From: an uncultured Chloroflexia bacterium
GTDB lineage: Bacteria > Chloroflexota > Chloroflexia > QHBQ01 > JADMIH01
NCBI GenBank assembly: GCA_963797095.1
Contig: CAWCNY010000006.1
Coordinates: forward strand, 832,001 to 896,000
DNA: 64,000 bases
Direction: 5' to 3'
In this document: in pieces, positions 56,836 to 64,000 of the stretch
Position numbering within the stretch: the stretch's first letter is position 1
Layout of the letters: every line of letters begins with the position of its first letter
Program-made: the position numbers and the translations under genes
Notes under the pieces: generated by a model
What the model saw: only the letters and a program-made list of their open reading frames with translations
Databases searched by the model: none
Told to the model about the DNA's origin: nothing

Positions 56836-57690
56836 TTGGATATATTCCAAGCTTTGGTCCTGGGGATTGTACAGGGCCTGACTGAGTTCTTGCCGATTTC
56901 ATCGTCGGCGCATTTGCTTATAGTACCCTGGCTGCTGAACTGGGACGACCCGGCGATCACCAGCATACAGTTCGATGTGTCGTTGCACATGGGCACGCTG
57001 GTCGCGGTGCTGATCTACTTCGCGGCGGATTGGCGGCGTATTATCGTGGCCTTCGTGCGTTCCTTGCTGGAGAGGCGCATCGGCGACGACCCGGACCGGA
57101 GGCTTGCGTGGTATGTGATCCTGGGTTCGATACCTGCCGCTATAGCCGGAGTGCTGGCCGAGAGCAAGATTAACGACATATTCCACCAGGCGGGCAATTT
57201 CACTGCCGGGATCGTTGTGATCGCGATTTCAATGATCGCACTAGCACTTGTTTTGTTGCTTGCAGAGCGTGTGGGCAAGCGCGTCTATGACATCCGCAAT
57301 TTGAGCATCGGCACTGCCCTGGCTGTTGGTTTCGCGCAGGCGCTGGCGTTGATACCCGGCGTATCACGCTCCGGCAGCACAATAACGGCGGGACTCTTCA
57401 TGGGCCTCAAGCGCGATTCCGCTGCGCGCTTTTCGTTCCTGCTGGCTACGCCCGTGATCCTGGGGGCGGGTCTCAAGGAGTTGTATGACGTATTGCAGGC
57501 CGGGAGCGTGGCGAGTACAGAAATACCCGGCTTTATCATAGGATTTCTGGCCGCTGCCATTTCCGGCTTCCTGTGCATCACCTTTCTCCTGCGCTACCTA
57601 CAGCGCAACAGCACACTTCCCTTTATTGTCTATCGCGTGGCGCTGGGGCTGTTCCTGCTCGTGCTGGTGTTTGCCGGGTTCAGATCTTGA
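56836..57690 (+). CDS. uppP: Undecaprenyl-diphosphate phosphatase
   Basis: GIVQGLTEFLPISSSAHL, PGVSRSGSTI, AARFSFLL. Confidence 0.97.
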   Translation: MDIFQALVLGIVQGLTEFLPISSSAHLLIVPWLLNWDDPAITSIQFDVSLHMGTLVAVLIYFAADWRRIIVAFVRSLLERRIGDDPDRRLAWYVILGSIPAAIAGVLAESKINDIFHQAGNFTAGIVVIAISMIALALVLLLAERVGKRVYDIRNLSIGTALAVGFAQALALIPGVSRSGSTITAGLFMGLKRDSAARFSFLLATPVILGAGLKELYDVLQAGSVASTEIPGFIIGFLAAAISGFLCITFLLRYLQRNSTLPFIVYRVALGLFLLVLVFAGFRS

Positions 57691-57865
57691 TCGCGACGCG
57701 TACCATGTAACACAATTCGGTGACAGGCATGGGCCACTCTGCTTTGCTATAGTGAAGTTGGGAGTATATGCCTGTTAGCTTGTCGATATGTACGTCGCAG
57801 GTGGGATTCCCGGTGTACAGGTTAGTATCTCCTTGCTTATTTGTTCGCAAATCGGAGGTACTGCA

Positions 57866-58804
57866 ATGCCTTTTATCACCATTCAGGGAACTTTCCACAT
57901 TTTGGGTATGGACAAAAACGGCCACCCCACAGGCTTCCAACCCGACGGCGATTCGATCCAATTCAAGCCCGATAATCCCGCTCTGCTAGACCAATTGGTA
58001 CGGCTTGGTCACCCTTACAAGTTGACCAGCATAGGGTCTCTGAACCTGCGCTTCGAGGGCATCGATGCGCTGGAATTACACTACGAAGCTACGGGGCCGC
58101 AATCTCACCAGCCTCGTCCATTGGCGGATGAGGCACGAGATTTCCTGACAGGCAAGCTGGGGATGAACCCGGTGCCGTATGCTCCACCCAAGAACCTCAC
58201 TGTGCGCCCGCCTGTGCCGGTTGACGGCGTGCCAGGTTATATATTGACGCGCAACCTCGAGTTCAATGGGCGTCCGGTTTCGTGGGTTTATACAGGCGCC
58301 CCTCCGGACCCCGATGGTACGCCTGTGTATCTCGATACCTGCCGCTTGCAACAAAGCCTCAATTACCAGTTGATGGCAGCGGGCCAGACTTATCCTTTGT
58401 TCTACGACACGCTATTCGTCGACCTACGCATGACGCTCGGGACCGCCGCACGGCAGGCACGCAGGAACGGCCTCGGTATATGGGCCAGCGATAAGACGAA
58501 TAGCGGGATCCAGGTTACGGCTGTGGCAGACCTCGAAACCAACGGAGTAATATTCCCCAAGCTCTTCCGGCGGCTTGTGAGCTACATGCGCACGCTTAAT
58601 ACGACCGACCTCGCGGGCTTTCCTCTCTGGGTGGCTACCGAAGAAGAGGAGCAGGTGCTGGACCTGGCCGAGTTGAACTTTACCCACTTTGATAATGTCA
58701 TCAATATAGTTGGGGACATCGTGAGCCTGGACCGGAGGCCCGAAGACATCATCTTCGTGAGCAAGAAGCGTATCGGCCTCGACTGGGTGCGCGCCATCTT
58801 TTAG
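57866..58804 (+). CDS. Staphylococcal nuclease (SNase)-like protein; last 6 residues come from the IS end
   Basis: PDGDSI.F, LRFEGIDALE, GRPV, LNYQL..AG, AR..GLGIW; GGAGG RBS; no obvious signal peptide. Confidence 0.75.
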   Translation: MPFITIQGTFHILGMDKNGHPTGFQPDGDSIQFKPDNPALLDQLVRLGHPYKLTSIGSLNLRFEGIDALELHYEATGPQSHQPRPLADEARDFLTGKLGMNPVPYAPPKNLTVRPPVPVDGVPGYILTRNLEFNGRPVSWVYTGAPPDPDGTPVYLDTCRLQQSLNYQLMAAGQTYPLFYDTLFVDLRMTLGTAARQARRNGLGIWASDKTNSGIQVTAVADLETNGVIFPKLFRRLVSYMRTLNTTDLAGFPLWVATEEEEQVLDLAELNFTHFDNVINIVGDIVSLDRRPEDIIFVSKKRIGLDWVRAIF

Positions 58805-58872
58805 GAAGGAAAGAAAAATGATACCCTCTAGGTGAAGACATCCCGGCTAAGGCCGAAATCCTGGAGGGTATC

Positions 58873-60384
58873 ATGCAGAGTAGCGAGTTTCAGGCCGTTT
58901 GCGACCTGTCACCTGCCCTCACTAGTATTGTGAAGGAATTTGAGGGGCTCGTCAAACAACTTTGGATATATGCTCAACGCAACCCGGATGCTACTTTGAG
59001 CAGTCTCGAAGAAAGAGCACGTCAACTGCGCTCGGACTGTTTCGCCTCAGCCTTAGAAGCCGCAGCCCAACTGCATCGTGCCATGATAGAGGAAGAATGG
59101 CTGCTTGGGCACAAGCAGTGTGACTGCGGGCAGACACCCCAGTACAAGGGTAAGCAGCGGCGCACTGTGCAAACATGGGTAGGCACGGTCACATTGGAGA
59201 GAGGTTACTTCTACTGTAAAGGGTGTGGCACCGGACGCTACCCGCTGGATGAGGCTCTAGGCATACCCGCACGGGAACACTTCTCGGACGGAGTGCAACA
59301 AGGAGTGTGCCTGCTGGGTGTGCAGATGCCTTTCGAGCAGGCTGCACATGCAGTGGAGGTACTCACTGGCATGTCGGTCTCTCCAAGAGAAGCCGAGCGC
59401 ATGACTGAACAGAGGGGGCTTACATTAGAGGGGAGCTTGCAAGAGGAGAGGAGAGCTTGCAAGAGGAGAGGAGAGCTTGCAAGAGGAGAGGAGAGCTTGC
59501 AAGAGGAGAGGAGAGCTTGCAAGAGGAGAGGAGAGCTTGCAAGAGGAGAGGAGAGCTTGCAAGCAGAAGATCAAACGCTAGGGGCAAGTCCCACCTCTCA
59601 GAAAGGTTCAAAGGTTGCAGATGGAGCATTGGGCTTGGGCACATGGGCGGCGACGCTGGACGCTGGCAAGGTGCGCTACGAAGATGGGTGGCATGACGCT
59701 AAAGCGGGAGTGGTGTTTTGGGCCGAGCCTGCATACAACGAAGCAGGAGAGATAGAGGGGGCAAGAGCCACCCATCAGAGCTATGTGGCGGAGGTCGGCT
59801 CGATGGAGCGGGCAGGAAAGCGGTTGAGTGCTGAAGCATGGAGGAGAGGGATAGGCCCTGAGGAGCAGGTTGTATGTCTGGGAGATGGGGCACCCACCAA
59901 CTGGATACAGTTCGATGAGCACTTTGCCAACAGGGTAGAGGTACTCGACTGGTATCACGCCATGGAGCACCTGTGGCAAGCAGGTAATGGTATCTTCGGG
60001 CAGGGCACACCAGACGCCGCAAGATGGGTGAAGCGTTGGGAGAAGGAATTATGGGAGGGAAGGGTAGAAGCAGTCATTGTGGCTCTACACAGAGAGAGCA
60101 AACGTGAAGGGGAGGCGGGAGAAGCGGCACGAGAGCAGATTTATTACTTCCAGACGAACAAAGAGAGGATGCGCTACTCCGAGTACCGGGCATTGGGCTT
60201 CCCAGTTGGTTCAGGCACGGTGGAGAGTGCATGCAAGCGGCTGATTGGTGCCCGTCTCAAGGGAGCAGGCATGTGTTGGAGCAAACCAGGAGCACAAGGG
60301 GTGCTGACACTGAGAGCCGAACTGCTCAGTGAGAGGTGGGAGCAATGCTGGCCCAAAACTCGCCCTCTCAGAAAAGTCGCCTAA
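58873..60384 (+). CDS. ISKra4-family transposase
   Basis: CDC...CKGC..GRYPLD, GDGA..NW, LDWYHA.EHL, RMRY..YR..GFPVGSGTVESACK...RLKGAGM.W. Confidence 0.93.
   Translation: MQSSEFQAVCDLSPALTSIVKEFEGLVKQLWIYAQRNPDATLSSLEERARQLRSDCFASALEAAAQLHRAMIEEEWLLGHKQCDCGQTPQYKGKQRRTVQTWVGTVTLERGYFYCKGCGTGRYPLDEALGIPAREHFSDGVQQGVCLLGVQMPFEQAAHAVEVLTGMSVSPREAERMTEQRGLTLEGSLQEERRACKRRGELARGEESLQEERRACKRRGELARGEESLQAEDQTLGASPTSQKGSKVADGALGLGTWAATLDAGKVRYEDGWHDAKAGVVFWAEPAYNEAGEIEGARATHQSYVAEVGSMERAGKRLSAEAWRRGIGPEEQVVCLGDGAPTNWIQFDEHFANRVEVLDWYHAMEHLWQAGNGIFGQGTPDAARWVKRWEKELWEGRVEAVIVALHRESKREGEAGEAAREQIYYFQTNKERMRYSEYRALGFPVGSGTVESACKRLIGARLKGAGMCWSKPGAQGVLTLRAELLSERWEQCWPKTRPLRKVA
59431..59563 (+). repeat. 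20-bp minisatellite (about 6.6 copies) inside the transposase gene
   Basis: (GAGAGCTTGCAAGAGGAGAG)n. Confidence 0.95.
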
Positions 60385-60416
60385 ACGATGGCGCGCACCC
60401 GCCTCGACTGACGCGC

Positions 60417-60446
60417 TTGACACTACCCGCGCTCGTGCCCTATAAT
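60417..60446 (+). promoter_or_regulatory. Consensus sigma70 promoter for yceD-rpmF
   Basis: TTGACA-N18-TATAAT. Confidence 0.85.
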
Positions 60447-60480
60447 GGTCAAGTTGACCTTCTTTTAGGGACGCGCGGAA

Positions 60481-61071
60481 ATGGAACATTCAGTCAACAA
60501 CGATCTCGTATATAATGTCGCCCAACTGCTCAAAGAGCGGGTCGGCTCAACGCGCCGATTGCCCATCGAGACGCCTTTGCTTACCCTTTACGATGAGGAT
60601 GGGAATGGCGTTGAAGCACACGATGTGAAAGGTGAGGTGAAGGTTACTCGCCTGAGCGATGGGGTGCTTGTGCAGGGAGAGGTGGAGGCGATGGTGGCTT
60701 TACAATGCAGCCGCTGCCTGGACGACCTTACTTTGCCGGTTGATGCGCGCCTGGAAGAGCAGTTCCAGCCGACGATCGATGTTGAGACCGGATATACTAT
60801 TCATCGTGCGGAGTACGAGCAGGACGACAACGCCTTCATGATTGACAGCAATCACTTGATGGACCTGTCGGAACCTGTGCGCCAGGCGCTACTGGTGGCA
60901 CTGCCGATGAGACCCGTTTGCCGTGAAGATTGCAAAGGCCTGTGCCCCGTGTGCGGAGCCAACCGTAACTATGTTGATTGCGGGCACGAAGAAGCGCAGG
61001 TAGACAGCCGTTGGGAAGGGCTGCGCGGGCTTGACCTTGCCGACTTCCCAGCCGACAGGAACATGAACTAA
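60481..61071 (+). CDS. yceD: DUF177 / YceD family protein
   Basis: CSRCL, DLSEPVRQ, PMRPVCREDCKGLCPVCGANRN, DSRW; upstream of rpmF. Confidence 0.93.
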   Translation: MEHSVNNDLVYNVAQLLKERVGSTRRLPIETPLLTLYDEDGNGVEAHDVKGEVKVTRLSDGVLVQGEVEAMVALQCSRCLDDLTLPVDARLEEQFQPTIDVETGYTIHRAEYEQDDNAFMIDSNHLMDLSEPVRQALLVALPMRPVCREDCKGLCPVCGANRNYVDCGHEEAQVDSRWEGLRGLDLADFPADRNMN

Positions 61072-61160
61072 GTTATTTCGTACGAATACTTCGTATTGCG
61101 TATTCTTGGAGATTATGTGATAAGAAGTAGGCAGTATAGTAGGGAGTAAGGAGACGAGCC

Positions 61161-61361
61161 ATGGGTGCCACACCCAAACAGAGAATATCAAATAAGCACC
61201 GTCATGACCGCCGCAGCCACCAGCATATCAAGCCGCTGCACCTTGTGGACTGCCCGCAGTGCCACAACCCGCGCCTGCCTCACCATGTCTGCCCGGTGTG
61301 TGGGACATATAGGGGCCGCCAGGTGTTGCAGATCAAGACGGCAGATACCCAGCAGAGCTAA
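61161..61361 (+). CDS. rpmF: 50S ribosomal protein L32
   Basis: PKQRIS...RRSH, CPQC...PHHVCPVCGTYRGR. Confidence 0.96.
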   Translation: MGATPKQRISNKHRHDRRSHQHIKPLHLVDCPQCHNPRLPHHVCPVCGTYRGRQVLQIKTADTQQS

Positions 61362-61560
61362 AACCGACGCATATATTCAAGACGTAAAACGTAAAGCGTC
61401 TGACGTAGTACAGCGTGGTGCTGCGCGCTACTTGTTTTTCATACCAATGAAACTTGTATGCAGCATAGAGTAAGCAGTACAATGTACGGGTCACGAGCCT
61501 TACGTTTCACGTTTTGTGCTTTCCGGCTCATCCGCCATATTCCAGGGGAGACAGCGCAGG

Positions 61561-62562
61561 TTGGGTAAATACGCAGCTATTACCGGCTGGGGGAGCACGG
61601 TACCCGAACGGGTCCTTACAAATTCCGATCTCGAAAAGATCGTCGAGACATCCGACGAGTGGATCACGTCGCGTACCGGCATAAAAGAGCGCCATGTGGT
61701 GGGCGAGGGTGAGTCGACGGTCACGTTGGCCGTGGCTGCTGCCCGCCAGGCACTGGAGTGCGCCAACGTATCACCCTGGCAGGTTGATCTGGTTATTTGC
61801 TGTACTGCCACGCCCGATTACCTCTTCCCGGCTACGGCATGCCTGGTGCAGCACGAAATCGGGGCCGAGAACGCCGGCGCTTTTGACCTCGAAGCCGCCT
61901 GTTCGGGCTTCATATATGGTTTGAGTGTCGGAAGCCAGTTTGTGAAGGCAGGATCATACAAGACTGTGCTGGTGGTTGCCGCCGAATCTCTGTCGCGATT
62001 TGTTGATTGGGAAGACCGCAAAACTTGCGTATTATTCGGAGACGGGGCGGGGGCGGTGGTGCTCCAGGCATCTGACCACAAGAGCGGGCTGCTTTCGTTC
62101 GTGCTTGGCTCGCACGGCGTGGGCGAGGACCTGATCAAGCTCCCTGCCGGGGGCGCTGCCTACCCTGCAACACCGGATACGATCCAGAACCGTGGGCATT
62201 TCATCAAGATGAACGGGCAAGAGGTATACCGGTTCGCGGTGCGGATCATGGGCAACTCGGCGGTTACAGCTCTCGATAAGGCGGGCCTCGAATACGATGA
62301 TATTTCGCTTTTCATACCGCACCAGGCCAACCTCCGCATTATTTCTTCAATTGCCGAGCGGCTCAAGCTCCCGCCCGACAAGGTGTTCCTGAATATTGAC
62401 AGGTACGGCAACACTTCTGCCGCCTCGATCCCGATTGCGTTGTGTGAGGCTGTGGATATGGGCAAAGTCCTGCCAGGAGACAACCTGCTCTTTGTGGCCT
62501 TTGGAGCCGGCTTGACGAGCGCTGCCTCTGTGATTCGATGGGGAGGGGCTGCAACCCCGTGA
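61561..62562 (+). CDS. fabH: Beta-ketoacyl-ACP synthase III
   Basis: TSDEWI..RTGI, AACSGF, LFGDGAGA, PHQANLRI, YGNTSAASIP; TTG start after GGGGAG preferred. Confidence 0.96.
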   Translation: MGKYAAITGWGSTVPERVLTNSDLEKIVETSDEWITSRTGIKERHVVGEGESTVTLAVAAARQALECANVSPWQVDLVICCTATPDYLFPATACLVQHEIGAENAGAFDLEAACSGFIYGLSVGSQFVKAGSYKTVLVVAAESLSRFVDWEDRKTCVLFGDGAGAVVLQASDHKSGLLSFVLGSHGVGEDLIKLPAGGAAYPATPDTIQNRGHFIKMNGQEVYRFAVRIMGNSAVTALDKAGLEYDDISLFIPHQANLRIISSIAERLKLPPDKVFLNIDRYGNTSAASIPIALCEAVDMGKVLPGDNLLFVAFGAGLTSAASVIRWGGAATP

Positions 62563-63491
62563 GCGCATTGTTCGGGCCGGAGGCTCGCGTGGCATGGGTC
62601 TTTCCGGGCCAGGGATCGCAGAGTGTGGGCATGGGCAAAGCACTGTACGATGCCTACCCGGACGTGCGGATTCTTTACGGGCGCGCCGACCAGGTGCTTG
62701 GATATTCTCTTTCGACGCTTTGTTTTGAGGGGCCGGCAGAGGAATTGCAGCAGACCAACAACGCGCAGCCTGCCTTGCTGGTGACTGAGGTGGCGCACCT
62801 GGAGGCGCTGAGGCTTGGCTATCCCGGCGAGTTCGACCATGCGAAGTTTGTGGCGGGCCACAGCCTGGGCGAATATACGGCGCTGGTGGCTGCTCATGCC
62901 CTCGACTTTGAGGCGGCACTCAAGCTGGTGGCCGAACGCGGCAGGCTAATGCAGGCGGTTGGTGAGGCCCTTGGCACGCCAACGGGGATGGTAGCGGTGC
63001 TGGGCATCCCTGATGATGTGCTGGCGGAAGTGTGCGAGGCGGTGGGTGTTGACATAGCGAACCTGAACGCGCCAGGTCAGGTTGTAATCAGCGGCCCGCT
63101 GGACGCTCTGGAAAAGGCGTCGGCGCTCGCGAAGGAGCGTGGGGCGCGGCGCGTAGTGCCATTACAAGTGAGCGCGGCCTTTCACTCGCGGTGGATGCGC
63201 GCTATGTCGGACGAGTTTGCGGCGTATATTGATGCGACACATGTTGCCGATCCGACGGTGTCTGTTGTGGCTAATGTGACCGCCCGCCCTGTTCGGCAGC
63301 CCGAAGTGATAAAGCGCCTGTTGCGTGAGCAAACGTACTCTTCCGTGCGGTGGATAGAATCGGTACAATATATGGTGGATCATGACATTGATACATTCGT
63401 GGAGATGGGGCCGGGCAAGGTGCTTTCGGGTTTGATAAAAAGGATCGCACCCGAAGCGCATATCTACTCTTCCGAAGACCTGCTGGCTTAG
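62559..63491 (+). CDS. fabD: Malonyl-CoA:ACP transacylase
   Basis: FPGQGSQ, AQPAL, GHSLGEY, VSAAFHS, GPGKVL. Confidence 0.96.
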   Translation: MSALFGPEARVAWVFPGQGSQSVGMGKALYDAYPDVRILYGRADQVLGYSLSTLCFEGPAEELQQTNNAQPALLVTEVAHLEALRLGYPGEFDHAKFVAGHSLGEYTALVAAHALDFEAALKLVAERGRLMQAVGEALGTPTGMVAVLGIPDDVLAEVCEAVGVDIANLNAPGQVVISGPLDALEKASALAKERGARRVVPLQVSAAFHSRWMRAMSDEFAAYIDATHVADPTVSVVANVTARPVRQPEVIKRLLREQTYSSVRWIESVQYMVDHDIDTFVEMGPGKVLSGLIKRIAPEAHIYSSEDLLA

Positions 63492-63502
63492 GGGCTGAGA
63501 GC

Positions 63503-63820
63503 GTGGTTAGAGTAATTGCTGAAGTAACGTTTTCCCCATTGGGTACGGCTACACCAAGCCTGAGTAGATATGTGGTCGCCGCGCTGGAGGTGCTCAAGCA
63601 TCACCCGGAAGTAGAGCACCAGTTAAATCCGATGGGCACAGTTCTTGAAGGGGAGCGTAAAGATATCCTGGCTGTGGTAGAAGCGATGAACGAGGCGATC
63701 TTTGCCGCAGGCGCACCGCGCGTGGGCACCACTCTCAAGATCGATGAGAGACGCGATAAGCCTGCTTCGATGCAGCACAAAGTGGATGTTGTCAAGGAGG
63801 GTTTGGAGCGTGACGAGTGA
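63503..63820 (+). CDS. MTH1187/YkoF thiamine-binding family protein
   Basis: PLGT..PSLSRYV, PMGTVLEG, RV.TTLKIDERRDK. Confidence 0.88.
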   Translation: MVRVIAEVTFSPLGTATPSLSRYVVAALEVLKHHPEVEHQLNPMGTVLEGERKDILAVVEAMNEAIFAAGAPRVGTTLKIDERRDKPASMQHKVDVVKEGLERDE

Positions 63821-63868
63821 TGAGTATTGAATACTGCTTATACTCGCCACTCGTCACGCATCAAGGTC

Positions 63869-64000
63869 ATGTTTGAGAGAATACTGATAGCCAACCGAGG
63901 CGAAATAGCCATGCGCATTATCCGCGCCTGCCACGAGTTGGGCATACAAGCTGTGGTGGCCTATTCGGAGGCCGACCGAGATTCGCTGCCTGTGCGCCTC
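63869..64000 (+). CDS. accC: Biotin carboxylase, 5' fragment
   Basis: [44 protein letters not shown]; runs off the window. Confidence 0.9.
   Translation, partial: MFERILIANRGEIAMRIIRACHELGIQAVVAYSEADRDSLPVRL

Larger units (their letters stand above)
58785..60400 (+). mobile_element. Complete ISKra4-like (Mutator-like, p-MULT) insertion sequence
   Basis: IRL GGGTGCGCGCCATCTTTTAGG (58785-58805) and IRR (60380-60400) match at 20/21; TSD GCCTCGACT at 58776-58784 and 60401-60409. Confidence 0.95.

Noticed and set aside
59431-59563. CRISPR array
   Set aside because: Head-to-tail identical units with no spacers; it is a minisatellite.
57866-60400. Nuclease as IS cargo or anti-phage system
   Set aside because: IRs and TSD place the nuclease outside the IS, and no defence partners are adjacent.

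Overview
A 64-kb GC-rich bacterial chromosome segment, probably Chloroflexota (inferred from gene content: LCP-LytR_C, several large GT-C/NHL membrane proteins, Rex, a Gram-positive-type GAAC-N4-GTTC LexA box). Housekeeping genes include ruvB, lpdA, ftsY-ffh, recQ (frameshifted), dinB, folC, rex, menG, uppP and yceD-rpmF-fabH-fabD-accC. There are two accessory blocks. The first (28.0-35.1 kb) is a carotenoid operon of the CrtP/CrtQ plus CruA type, with an embedded ECF sigma factor, a DUF2085 protein and a CarH/LitR-like operator. The second (40.3-57.7 kb) is a lipid-carrier glycosylation locus: four GT-C proteins, a GT2, a flippase-like protein, uppP and a methyltransferase. Two IS elements are present. 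One is an IS701-like copy cut by the window edge. The other is a complete ISKra4-like element with 21-bp IRs and a 9-bp TSD, lying 16 bp upstream of a consensus promoter, with a 20-bp minisatellite inside its transposase. The most unusual non-genic signal is a conserved 52-bp intergenic motif in three copies. Its orientation appears to track multi-kb patches of C-versus-G strand skew. No tRNA, rRNA or CRISPR array was recognised. All calls are by-eye motif recognition; no database searches were run.
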